Source: a virus | UHGV virus genome: UHGV-1380027 | Direction: 5' to 3' (one strand) | DNA length: 64,000 nucleotides | Shown: positions 1 through 8,108 of the stretch, one piece after another | Layout of the letters: each line of letters starts with the position of its first letter | How positions within the stretch are numbered: position 1 is the first letter of the stretch | Notes under the pieces: generated by a model | The model's input: the letters and a program-made list of their open reading frames with translations, nothing else | Database searches by the model: none | Told to the model about the DNA's origin: nothing | Program-made: the position numbers and the translations under genes

Positions 1-16
1 ATTTTTTTTGAAAAGT

Positions 17-45
17 GTTGACAGCGGCCCCGCCAGGTGGCACAA
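17..45 (+). promoter_or_regulatory. sigma70-like promoter candidate (TTGACA-N17-CACAAT)
   Basis: TTGACA at 17-22, 17-nt spacer, CACAAT at 40-45; precedes first copy of a ~90-bp repeated unit. Confidence 0.3.
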
Positions 46-290
46 TATACCTATCGAAAGGACGGCAGGCACCGGTGACGGGGGAGACAACCACAGGGGA
101 TGGGCGCTGCATAAAATGAGAACGGTTATCATTATCATTTAAAAATTTATGCAAAAAATCCTTGCTTTCTTTGTCCTGTGTGATACTATAATAACAAGCC
201 GGGGCAACAGGGGCCGGGAGACAATCACCGGGGGTGCCCGTTATTCTGCAAACGAGAATGATTATCATTCAAAATTCTAAATGAGAACTT
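46..290. repeat. two diverged copies of a ~90-bp unit (46-145 and 193-290), possible small RNA genes or regulatory elements
   Basis: shared ordered blocks GGGAGACAA(C/T)CAC(A/C)GGGG and GAGAA(C/T)G(G/A)TTATCATT in both copies, each downstream of a promoter-like element; no ORF. Confidence 0.4.
162..192 (+). promoter_or_regulatory. sigma70-like promoter candidate (TTGCTT ... TATAAT)
   Basis: perfect TATAAT at 187-192, TTGCTT at 162-167 (19-nt spacer, non-optimal); precedes second copy of the repeated unit. Confidence 0.3.
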
Positions 291-397
291 TTCGCATTTC
301 ATAAATTTAGTTAGCATGCTAATTACCTACCGTGACAATTCTATATAAAATAATACCTCCTTAAGTATTTCCATATACAAATTTTAAAAATCCATTT

Positions 398-566
398 CCG
401 AAAACGAAAAATCGATTTCGTCCCCAAAAATTTCAGGTCGAGCTCCGGAACGATTTCCAGAAAATCTGATTCAGAAAACGAAAAACAGATCGAGTACTAA
501 GAAATTTATCGAGAAAAATTTTCAGAAAATTCAATCTTTGAAACGAAAAACAGATCGAGTACTGAG
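398..566. repeat. AT-rich iteron-like direct repeats
   Basis: identical 23-mer AAACGAAAAACAGATCGAGTACT at 476-498 and 541-563 inside ~47-bp repeat copies (455-501, 520-566); diverged third copy GAAAACGAAAAATCGAT at 400-416. Confidence 0.6.
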
Positions 567-721
567 AGAGATGTATCAAAACCTACTGAGAATAATGGGT
601 TTATTGTTATAAAGGGTCAAAGGTAAGCTGGGAAAGTTCTGGTAGAAGGGTGAGAGTATGTGCGGAAAATCTGGAATAGTAACTTAAAGTACGGTGCGAA
701 CGATAGAATGAGCAGCACATC

Positions 722-829
722 TTATCGCGCCTGTCTTGAAAAATCCATTTTAGTTTTCGATCCATTTTCTGATTTTCTAAGAATTTTAAAATATCCGGCC
801 AGGTAAAATATCAAAAGGAGGAAGTCCAT
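722..829 (-). CDS. possible small ORF, 35 aa, hydrophobic N-terminus (MDFLLLIFYLAGYF...)
   Basis: ATG 8 nt downstream of AAGGAGGA on minus strand; below the 60-aa cutoff of the supplied track; uncertain. Confidence 0.2.
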   Translation of the reverse strand: MDFLLLIFYLAGYFKILRKSENGSKTKMDFSRQAR

Positions 830-845
830 TTTAGAAATCCTCCTT
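815..845 (-). promoter_or_regulatory. perfect 8-bp inverted repeat AAGGAGGA / TCCTCCTT forming a hairpin that covers the SD and start codon of the small ORF; may also act as end-of-operon structure
   Basis: arms at 815-822 and 838-845, 15-nt loop containing the ATG (827-829 complement). Confidence 0.35.
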
Positions 846-874
846 ATACTTGATGTGCCAGGGATTTTCAAGTA

Positions 875-1204
875 TCAACTGTCTTTGTTTTTAGGCTTGT
901 GCATACGTAGAGGTATGGTCTTTATAACATTCCATCTACCCAACCCCTCCCAGTTCCAATTGTGAGCGTGATACCCGGTTATGCATGCACTGCTGGCGTG
1001 ATCATAAGCATAAGAGAACGCTATGCGAACCAGGTGGGGCCAGTCCCTCCACGGCTGTGGACCGTAAGCCTTTCTCCAACACCGACACAAACTAATTGTC
1101 TCAAGAATAGGTAGAATAACAAATCCATATACCGCCACCAAAATGGTCAGAGCAATGATTGTCAGGAATACATACCCTGCAGTTGAAATAATGATCTCTG
1201 TCAT
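875..1204 (-). CDS. hypothetical membrane protein (109 aa, N-terminal TM helix)
   Basis: ORF with SD AAAGGGGA upstream, ATGA overlap with upstream gene; hydrophobic stretch FLTIIALTILVAVYGFVILPIL. Confidence 0.55.
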   Translation of the reverse strand: MTEIIISTAGYVFLTIIALTILVAVYGFVILPILETISLCRCWRKAYGPQPWRDWPHLVRIAFSYAYDHASSACITGYHAHNWNWEGLGRWNVIKTIPLRMHKPKNKDS

Positions 1205-1404
1205 TTGTCATCCCCTTTCTTACGGATATAGATGTGAGAGCCCGCTTGTACATAAATTTCCCGACCATCTTCTGCAAAGATGTGGAATACACGGTCGCCT
1301 TCGTATTCAATACGAGATATCTTCATAACGGTCTTCCCACCAGGGATGCGGATCTCATCACCCACAGCAATGTTCCATGCAGATTTAAGCTTAAACATCT
1401 GCAC
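1201..1404 (-). CDS. hypothetical protein (67 aa)
   Basis: co-oriented ORF in tight minus-strand array, stop overlaps next start. Confidence 0.5.
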   Translation of the reverse strand: MQMFKLKSAWNIAVGDEIRIPGGKTVMKISRIEYEGDRVFHIFAEDGREIYVQAGSHIYIRKKGDDK

Positions 1405-1636
1405 CCTCCTTTGGGAGCTCTAACTCTGGCATAGCCATATACGCCACAACAGGGTTGTAATCAAAGTAGAAATGACCGTTAATTATCCCAGTTTTGTGGG
1501 CATAGTCACCAGATCCTGCAAGAACAATCTCGCAAACTCCGAAATCCACCTTGCCATTCTCATCTGCCATGGCTACAATATACTTTCCTAGAGGCATGTT
1601 TTTAACGCCGTCTACAAATGTCCACCCTTTGTTCAT
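1391..1636 (-). CDS. hypothetical protein (81 aa)
   Basis: co-oriented ORF, overlaps neighbours by a few codons. Confidence 0.5.
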   Translation of the reverse strand: MNKGWTFVDGVKNMPLGKYIVAMADENGKVDFGVCEIVLAGSGDYAHKTGIINGHFYFDYNPVVAYMAMPELELPKEGADV

Positions 1637-1656
1637 ACTTTATCTCCTGCGTTTTA

Positions 1657-1989
1657 TTAAGGTAACCAGTAAACAATCTCACCTTTCAGCTTCATGTCGT
1701 TTCCAACATAAATTTCCCAGCCATCCATCTTAGCAACTGCAGGCCCAAAGTCATCAGCACCCCTTACTTCTTTCCAGGTCCCGTAGTCAGGCTGCCAGAT
1801 ATAGAAACCACCTTCCTTATCCCATGCACCTGCAACTACACCCAGCAGGCTACCCATTGCAACAATGGTGGGCCGTGGGAATAATACATCTACAGATGCG
1901 CCGCAATATCGGGTATCTTTTAAATTGCAATCCCAAAAGATGTCTGCCAGTGTGGCGGCGATAGCTTTACGTCTTTCTAATGTTACCAT
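1657..1989 (-). CDS. hypothetical protein (110 aa)
   Basis: co-oriented ORF in early array. Confidence 0.5.
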   Translation of the reverse strand: MVTLERRKAIAATLADIFWDCNLKDTRYCGASVDVLFPRPTIVAMGSLLGVVAGAWDKEGGFYIWQPDYGTWKEVRGADDFGPAVAKMDGWEIYVGNDMKLKGEIVYWLP

Positions 1990-1999
1990 AGTATAATAC

Positions 2000-2191
2000 T
2001 CACTTGTTGTTAAGAAGTTCTAAGACTTTCTGTTTTACTTTATCAAGATCTGTTGATTCAAAAACTGTGCGATATCCCCAACTTTGCCCATAGGAATGAC
2101 TGCAATCACCGTAACACCATTGCTCAACCTGATAGTATTCAAGGAATGGGTGCTGTCTAACTATGATACCGTCTCGATTAAAAATTACCAT
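2000..2191 (-). CDS. hypothetical protein (63 aa)
   Basis: co-oriented ORF. Confidence 0.45.
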   Translation of the reverse strand: MVIFNRDGIIVRQHPFLEYYQVEQWCYGDCSHSYGQSWGYRTVFESTDLDKVKQKVLELLNNK

Positions 2192-2254
2192 AATTTATCC
2201 CTCTCTGCTAGTTTATGTTTATATTATATACCGCAGTTTTCAGATGTCAACCTT

Positions 2255-2449
2255 TTACAGGTTACTCCAGTATACTCGGCATTTACACTTCGGGCAATGA
2301 GGTTCTTTTATGTAATAACCGTCAGTCTTTGGAACACTTTTTGGTGCAGTTTTAAGATTGTACCGAGTAAAGCAACGGAAGCAGGTTACCTCTCCTACCT
2401 GTTGATCGTTTATCCACTCGCCAGAGTAAAGCTCTTTCTTGTTTCTCAT
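2255..2449 (-). CDS. small Cys-rich protein (CxxC...CxxC zinc-ribbon-like), 64 aa
   Basis: track ORF 2255..2506 trimmed to internal ATG at 2449 which has SD GGGAGA and avoids overlap with upstream gene; motifs CFRC and CPKCKC. Confidence 0.45.
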   Translation of the reverse strand: MRNKKELYSGEWINDQQVGEVTCFRCFTRYNLKTAPKSVPKTDGYYIKEPHCPKCKCRVYWSNL

Positions 2450-2451
2450 AA

Positions 2452-2646
2452 TTATCTCCCCAAGCCTCTGCAATCTTCTACCAGAATCTCCAGCCAGAAA
2501 GCACACGGGAACACTTTGATGATTGAATCTTTACTCGGCTCGGAAGTTCTTTTTCCGTAGGGCAGGTAGAAATACCCTCCTGCAGATTCAAACATGGCTC
2601 CTTCTGTTGTATCTATCACAGCTAGAATTAAGATTTTAGTCTCCAT
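2452..2646 (-). CDS. hypothetical protein (64 aa)
   Basis: co-oriented ORF. Confidence 0.4.
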   Translation of the reverse strand: METKILILAVIDTTEGAMFESAGGYFYLPYGKRTSEPSKDSIIKVFPCAFWLEILVEDCRGLGR

Positions 2647-2700
2647 AGTGCTCCCCTGTCTTAATCGTTGTGGTGACTATACCACCTTAAAATATAGCTG

Positions 2701-3240
2701 TCAACACTCTTTGTACTCCACCACGATAATATCTATATCAAAAGTGGCAAGGTTAATAATGTCCTCTACATGTTCCCACTTCAAACCGCCTATGCCGCAC
2801 CCGATCTTAGGGATGTAGAATGGTAAAATCGACCCCTCAAATACTTCATTGACTCGCTCAAATCCTTTCAGTATTGAGAAATATTCAGCATTAGGCCCTG
2901 GGTAGAACTGAGTATACAGATTTATTCCGTAGACAATACCTCTCGGAGATAAGTGCTCCCAGCGGGAGAACGCGCCCAGTTTACTTAGGCAACCGTGCAT
3001 AGTCATTTTATCAGCTTCCAATGCTTGAGGGAACTCACGGGCAATCTGTTTTGCTACACCCTTACCCATTGTGTGGAAGCAGTTACAACCGTGGATCAGG
3101 TGACCAGCACCGCTCTTAAAAAGGGAGATTAAATCTCCCTCTACAGTATCAATAATCACGATATTCCAGCTCCTCTTCCACAATTTCAAAAAACTCAGTC
3201 CAGCACTGTGGCATATTGGAGTTACCGAAGTGGCTTTCAT
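2701..3240 (-). CDS. macro-domain-like protein (ADP-ribose binding/hydrolase fold)
   Basis: motifs HGCNCFHTMGKGVAKQIAREFP, LYTQFYPGP, FYIPKIGCGIGGL and DIDIIVVEY match the order and spacing of macro-domain loops (NAAN..GGGV..AI / HTVGP / AISTGIYG / RIIFCVF); true start may be GTG at 3159 (SD GAGGAG) rather than ATG 3240. Confidence 0.5.
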   Translation of the reverse strand: MKATSVTPICHSAGLSFLKLWKRSWNIVIIDTVEGDLISLFKSGAGHLIHGCNCFHTMGKGVAKQIAREFPQALEADKMTMHGCLSKLGAFSRWEHLSPRGIVYGINLYTQFYPGPNAEYFSILKGFERVNEVFEGSILPFYIPKIGCGIGGLKWEHVEDIINLATFDIDIIVVEYKEC

Positions 3241-3574
3241 AGTAAAGGTTTTTACCGCTCGGAAGATAGAAATCTGTTACCTCATAAAATCCACAATCGT
3301 CGCACTCTCCCTCTTCAAACTTGGCCTTAATCTTAATACCAAGGAAGGTGAAAAGTTTATGGATATCTTCGGTCTCGAACTCCCAACTAATGTTGTTTTC
3401 CGCATCGGTGTAAAACTGGATCAGTAGGCCATCATCCATTTTTCCAAAATATTCTGTGAAGTAGCTCCCTTCCCAGAAGTCTTTGTGACAAATAATATCC
3501 ATGCGCTTGCCCATAATAAAGGTGTGGGCGTTTCGTGCATCGTCACGAATCAGTTTTGGCATTTCATAAATCAT
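3149..3574 (-). CDS. hypothetical protein (141 aa)
   Basis: co-oriented ORF. Confidence 0.5.
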   Translation of the reverse strand: MIYEMPKLIRDDARNAHTFIMGKRMDIICHKDFWEGSYFTEYFGKMDDGLLIQFYTDAENNISWEFETEDIHKLFTFLGIKIKAKFEEGECDDCGFYEVTDFYLPSGKNLYYESHFGNSNMPQCWTEFFEIVEEELEYRDY

Positions 3575-3639
3575 CGTAGTTCTCCAGGATCAATAGGTGG
3601 TGCTACAGGAAGATCATAAAACATGGCGATCACATTCTC

Positions 3640-3837
3640 TTACGCAGGAATTGCTTCAAACAGGCCGTTATCGATACCATCTTTCAAGTAAAGATTATAC
3701 TCTATGTCGGTATCTGTGTAAAGGGCAGCATCCAGCATTCTATCTGTGAGTCCATCCATTGGGTGGAGAAACCACCACCCACGCCAGTCAAAGTAACAAC
3801 CTGGTGCATCTTCTCTCACACGGATTCGATAAATCAT
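3640..3837 (-). CDS. hypothetical small protein (65 aa), possible distant member of the KDDxG-W small-protein family
   Basis: contains WFLHP also present in ORF 8092..8286. Confidence 0.4.
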   Translation of the reverse strand: MIYRIRVREDAPGCYFDWRGWWFLHPMDGLTDRMLDAALYTDTDIEYNLYLKDGIDNGLFEAIPA

Positions 3838-3933
3838 GGGCAGTGGCCTCCTGTTAGTTACACATCCCAGTTTTCTTCGTTCATCACATCCTCCAGCTCT
3901 ACAAGGTTATAATTGCACACCTTACAACCTGTG

Positions 3934-4350
3934 TCAACAGAAAACTTCAACAAATTCTTCCACAGTTTTAATGTCGTGGGAAAAAGGTTTACGGCTATAA
4001 CGAGCAATAGCACTGTCAACCACCGCCCGGTACTCCAAATCTTCAGAATATTTCATGAAGCATTGCAATGTCTCTGGACAGATAGCCAGATAGCTCCACC
4101 ACCCCTCTTCAGATTGGTAGTCAAATCCCATACTCTCTAGCCACGAAGCGTATACACCTGCACCTTCCAGCCAGTGAGTATTTTCATCAAGGAACTTGTT
4201 CACAGTCATGTGAGCTTCTAAGCATTTATCCAACTCTTTTCCGTTAACCAGCCACGCACTGACAGTGGCGCATCCAAGGTCCACAGATTGGGTTGATAGA
4301 TTGTATTGGTCATAGTTCTCAGGTTTAACAATGATATCTTCTAATGTCAT
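3934..4350 (-). CDS. hypothetical protein (138 aa)
   Basis: co-oriented ORF. Confidence 0.5.
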   Translation of the reverse strand: MTLEDIIVKPENYDQYNLSTQSVDLGCATVSAWLVNGKELDKCLEAHMTVNKFLDENTHWLEGAGVYASWLESMGFDYQSEEGWWSYLAICPETLQCFMKYSEDLEYRAVVDSAIARYSRKPFSHDIKTVEEFVEVFC

Positions 4351-4375
4351 TTTTCAGTCCTCTCTATACAAAAAT

Positions 4376-4397
4376 GCCCCACCCTTTCGGGTAGGGC
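4376..4397 (-). terminator. rho-independent terminator hairpin (GAAA-loop type)
   Basis: minus-strand RNA GCCCUACCC-GAAA-GGGUGGGGC followed by AUUUUUGUAU; fully paired only in minus-strand transcript (G-U pair). Confidence 0.6.
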
Positions 4398-4412
4398 TAT
4401 GTTAACTAGATG

Positions 4413-5639
4413 TTAAAAAGGTATGTCATCATCAAAGGCGTACTGTGCCGGATTCTGATCCATCGGGTCGTCTTCCGCATCATCTACAGGAGGAGCGTCT
4501 ACAGTGTTTTGCTGTGGGGCGGCTTCCTGTTTGGCAGCTTGAGGCTCTTGATGGTCAGTGGCTCCAGCACCGTTCTTGATCCAATCATACAACGGTTCAG
4601 CAAGATTAGTCAAGACATCTTTTGCCTCTGCAGTAATTGCTACTGCAAAATCATCAACTTTCGTTTTCTTGTCAATACGGCGACAAGCGTTCAATACCGC
4701 ATTACCAACACTGGCACCTACTTCATCTTCAGTTCGGTTAGTGGCTTGAGCGTACTCTTTCTTAAGCTCGATGGTGACCACGTGCAGTGTTTTAGCCACA
4801 TCTAAAGGGCTGTCAATCTTAAACCCGCGATCCAAGATGATCTGCAATGCATTGATACTGTGCCCTGTCTCTACACCGATGGGGTCGTAAGAGGATTTAC
4901 GCTTACCACCAGAACCTTGTGTACCGTTCTCTGCTTTAGGCGGGTAGGCCTTGAAGCCGCTGATAATATTCCCGGTGTCTTTGTCAACAATAGCTGCAAC
5001 ACGACCGCCAACCACCAGGTCTTTAAGCTGCTCATCGGAGACAACCATAGCACCTTCGCCAATCTTGTGGTCATTGACAGTAACCACGTTACCAACAATC
5101 TGAGTCACATCACCATAGATGCGTAAAACGTCCTGATTGGCATTCTGCTGAGGTTTCTGCTTCTGGCCTTGTGATTGTGTGCCTTGTTGCTGTTTTTGTT
5201 GCTGTGGAGCTGATGGAGCCTCTCCTGCCCCCAACTTAACCATTTTAGCCAGTGAGCCTTTGTAGTAGGTCTTACCGTTATGCTCATTTGCCTTTAAAGG
5301 GATATTTACGATCCATCCTGGCGTTACTGTTTCCCACTTGTCATCAATTTTAACAGAGACGGAGTCTTGATGACCAGGCTTAAGCAGCTTATCACCCATG
5401 CTGATCCAAACTTCTTCACCACCTTGGAGCAGGTTATCAGAGGAGTCCAGTTCAGAAATCAGTAAAGAGATGGTGTGGCTGGATTCAATTTTCTTACCTT
5501 GCCACACAGTGGTTTTAATACCTGTTGTAGGATCAGCACCTTTAATGGGCTTGATGCTGACACGTTTAATCATACCGTGAGCCAGTAAAACAGTTTCACG
5601 CGGATTCATCGGGTTAGCAAATTGTTGGATAACGCTCAT
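4413..5639 (-). CDS. SSB-like protein with host-SSB-type C-terminal tail (408 aa)
   Basis: C-terminus AFDDDIPF identical to bacterial SSB tip; Gln/Gly-rich linker PQQQKQQQGTQSQGQKQKPQQ; adjacent to replication genes. Confidence 0.5.
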   Translation of the reverse strand: MSVIQQFANPMNPRETVLLAHGMIKRVSIKPIKGADPTTGIKTTVWQGKKIESSHTISLLISELDSSDNLLQGGEEVWISMGDKLLKPGHQDSVSVKIDDKWETVTPGWIVNIPLKANEHNGKTYYKGSLAKMVKLGAGEAPSAPQQQKQQQGTQSQGQKQKPQQNANQDVLRIYGDVTQIVGNVVTVNDHKIGEGAMVVSDEQLKDLVVGGRVAAIVDKDTGNIISGFKAYPPKAENGTQGSGGKRKSSYDPIGVETGHSINALQIILDRGFKIDSPLDVAKTLHVVTIELKKEYAQATNRTEDEVGASVGNAVLNACRRIDKKTKVDDFAVAITAEAKDVLTNLAEPLYDWIKNGAGATDHQEPQAAKQEAAPQQNTVDAPPVDDAEDDPMDQNPAQYAFDDDIPF

Positions 5640-6049
5640 TATTTATCTCCTTGTTCTTCGTTAGTGGTTGATGTATGTGCAAACCCTGCTTGAATTAATT
5701 TGTCCTGGACTTGAGCTAACAGGCCCATTGCAAAACTCGTCGTCCCAGAAAGGGCCATTAGCATATCTCGTTGTTGAGCTACCCAACCTAAGGCATAATC
5801 CAAACGACGATATTTCTCTTCTTCTCGCAGAGCCTGGAATAACTGTTCAGCCTCTGGTTGTTGTGTGAGCTCCTGAAGTCTCCCCATGAAAGAAGAAAGT
5901 ACCAGCAGAAGAGACACTTGATCTTTGCTTAACCCTAAGAAAAATTCTTGAGGTTGTTCTTGCTCGTTCATCGCAACCGACGCTTGATCGTTCATTTGTT
6001 CCATTGTGGAATCTCCGATTTTATTTGAACAACATAAAGGAGACACCAT
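5639..6049 (-). CDS. hypothetical protein (136 aa)
   Basis: strong SD AAGGAGA 7 nt upstream of ATG. Confidence 0.55.
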   Translation of the reverse strand: MVSPLCCSNKIGDSTMEQMNDQASVAMNEQEQPQEFFLGLSKDQVSLLLVLSSFMGRLQELTQQPEAEQLFQALREEEKYRRLDYALGWVAQQRDMLMALSGTTSFAMGLLAQVQDKLIQAGFAHTSTTNEEQGDK

Positions 6050-6086
6050 TTTAGCATCTCCTTCTGTAAATTACAACAGCTATTTG

Positions 6087-6332
6087 TTAGCCAATTACTT
6101 CGAAAGTGCCCCAGCTTCCGTTCAGCAGGCAGGTGATCGGATCGCCATCATCGTCAAATATTTCAAAGTTTTCAGCATCCAGAATATGATCATCGAACAC
6201 AATGCTCTTATCTCCACCACCAGAAATAACAGCGTATTCCTTACCTTGTGTTAGGTTCTGGCAACCTTTGCCGCCGAAACCAACTTCAACACAACGTACT
6301 TTCTGTCCTGCGCGAGCAACTACTCCAGCCAT
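6087..6332 (-). CDS. small protein, KDDxG-W family member (81 aa)
   Basis: SD AGGAGA; motif IFDDDGDPITC. Confidence 0.5.
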   Translation of the reverse strand: MAGVVARAGQKVRCVEVGFGGKGCQNLTQGKEYAVISGGGDKSIVFDDHILDAENFEIFDDDGDPITCLLNGSWGTFEVIG

Positions 6333-6349
6333 CTTAAGGTCTCCTGATA

Positions 6350-6652
6350 TTAATCGTCAAGTTCAAAATAGATTTTAACAGCTTCATCAAAGATTGGAAT
6401 CCCGATGTTGTTGATAAGCTGCCAAACTACCATATCTTTTCCTGGATCTGGGAGAATGTCAACCTTTCTCCATGCGCTGTATATCCAGTTCGGACCGCCT
6501 TCTGCACTAACTGGTAGATTTTCACCAGCTTCTTGTAGATACTTATACAGCAAAAGGTATTCTGGGTACTCTAGAACACTGTCCTCTGTAGTATATAGCA
6601 GTTCACGGTATACTTTCAAGAATCCTGTTGGGTTGATGTTTTCAGTCTTCAT
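6350..6652 (-). CDS. hypothetical protein (100 aa; track ORF extends to 6670)
   Basis: internal ATG at 6652 has SD AGGAGA 8 nt upstream, the ATG at 6670 has none. Confidence 0.45.
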   Translation of the reverse strand: MKTENINPTGFLKVYRELLYTTEDSVLEYPEYLLLYKYLQEAGENLPVSAEGGPNWIYSAWRKVDILPDPGKDMVVWQLINNIGIPIFDEAVKIYFELDD

Positions 6653-7046
6653 TTGCTGCTTCTCCTGCATTCATCAGATCTGCCATAGCGTCACCAACGA
6701 AGAGGACAACCACGTCGTTGACAGCGTCAGCATCATCTTTATTGATGTTGCTGAATTTGGGGCACACTGCAATGACCATATAGACCCCGTTGCCCAACTG
6801 AACAGTGCGTGTAGTGCACATCAGTGTGGTGCTTGTGCCTTCTTTAAAGGCAAATCCTTGCAGACGTTCTTCCAGAGAGTCACCTGTTGATTTCAACAAG
6901 GCAAGATCTCCCAGTGCGTAGGTAGTGTCCTCATAGGTCAGTCCAGAGGTCAATGTTGCCTTTCCATCAGAGACTATAATAACTCCATCGGCACCGTCAA
7001 GCTCAGAGGCTTCAAAGATATTAATATCCCAAATGTTTTTCATCAC
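6642..7046 (-). CDS. hypothetical protein (134 aa)
   Basis: co-oriented ORF. Confidence 0.5.
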   Translation of the reverse strand: MMKNIWDINIFEASELDGADGVIIVSDGKATLTSGLTYEDTTYALGDLALLKSTGDSLEERLQGFAFKEGTSTTLMCTTRTVQLGNGVYMVIAVCPKFSNINKDDADAVNDVVVLFVGDAMADLMNAGEAANED

Positions 7047-7375
7047 GCTTCCTCGTCATCTAAGTAATCATCAAGAGAGGTGAAGATTTCACCGAAGTAT
7101 TCTAATACCTCCAGCTCTCTGGTGGTGCAACAAACATAATCTCCCTGGTCATCCTTGATAGTAGCCTCCTTACCTAGCACATCCACTTCAAATTCATCGT
7201 TTAGCAGGACGGCCCCTGTGTAAACTTTATCTGCCGTGCAGTCCCGAAAAGCAGAGTCCTTCTCCAAGTAGTCTGGCTTAACCTTGGCTTTAATTCGTTG
7301 ATATTGTTTGGTCATTGCTGTGGTCCCCTTTCGTTTTGATAGGGCCATTATATTAGGCCCTATCGCTATTGTCAA
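7043..7375 (-). CDS. small protein, KDDxG-W family (110 aa), paralog of 7379..7633
   Basis: shared motifs AF(R/K)DCT and (I/F)KDD(Q/E)GD.V.CT with neighbour. Confidence 0.55.
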   Translation of the reverse strand: MTIAIGPNIMALSKRKGTTAMTKQYQRIKAKVKPDYLEKDSAFRDCTADKVYTGAVLLNDEFEVDVLGKEATIKDDQGDYVCCTTRELEVLEYFGEIFTSLDDYLDDEEA

Positions 7376-7378
7376 GTA

Positions 7379-7633
7379 TTAATGCTCAGGTTTTACAAAA
7401 ACTACTTCGTTAACAGTGCACCAGACAGAATCTCCTTCATCATCTTTAAAGGTAAGACACTGGGCTGAGTTTTCCAACTCATCGAGCTCTTCTTGTGATA
7501 AATAGGTCCCTTCTTCCAGAAGAGCTTTTACCAGAGGGTTCTCACAAAACTCTGCTTCATAAATTGCACCGAGTGTGCAATCTTTAAAAGCTCGGTCATT
7601 TGCAACGCATTCTGGCTTCAAAGTGATTTGCAT
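7379..7633 (-). CDS. small protein, KDDxG-W family (84 aa), paralog of 7043..7375
   Basis: shared motifs with neighbour. Confidence 0.55.
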   Translation of the reverse strand: MQITLKPECVANDRAFKDCTLGAIYEAEFCENPLVKALLEEGTYLSQEELDELENSAQCLTFKDDEGDSVWCTVNEVVFVKPEH

Positions 7634-7709
7634 CTTAGCAGTCTCCTCAATTATTTAAAAATCAAATCTCTGTTTGTGTGAAGTATCTTATATCCAATCT
7701 TACTTCTTG

Positions 7710-8108
7710 TCAATGGCTATTTTCAATCATCCACACAGGGTCGAGGTAAATTTGTTGGCGTTTTGCCCAATGACAAACTTCATTGTACATCTGAATCTCT
7801 TTGTCTGTCAATTCACGAATAGGCTCATCTATACCCTCATTTTTGTGGTAATCCCAGTCGGCATCGATTTCCCACAACCATGACTTACGATCTTCACGCT
7901 TACGCACACAGAAGTCCCCAGGACGGCCTGCCAGTGCATTTAAGAACTCGTTCTCCGCTCGCTCCTGAAGAATACTAAGGAGCAAAACGTTGGAGCATGA
8001 CCGTAAAATATGCTTCAGCTCACAATCATCGATCTCAACTTCAATACGTTGCTTGACTGTGTGGGTACCTTTTACTAACATTCTACCTCCTCTATACAAA
8101 CTCTGCAA
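7710..8108 (-). CDS. hypothetical protein (132 aa)
   Basis: co-oriented ORF. Confidence 0.5.
   Translation of the reverse strand: MQSLYRGGRMLVKGTHTVKQRIEVEIDDCELKHILRSCSNVLLLSILQERAENEFLNALAGRPGDFCVRKREDRKSWLWEIDADWDYHKNEGIDEPIRELTDKEIQMYNEVCHWAKRQQIYLDPVWMIENSH

Noticed and set aside
1-300. Possible tRNA genes in the promoter-associated repeated units
   Set aside because: No T-loop (GTTCRANYC) or cloverleaf-compatible stems found on either strand
398-566. Possible CRISPR array
   Set aside because: Only two to three copies, AT-rich repeats of unequal spacing and partly diverged sequence, no cas genes; more consistent with iteron or binding-site repeats
2084-2560. 158-aa plus-strand ORF
   Set aside because: Spans three tightly packed minus-strand genes and their junctions, no SD; minus-strand genes preferred
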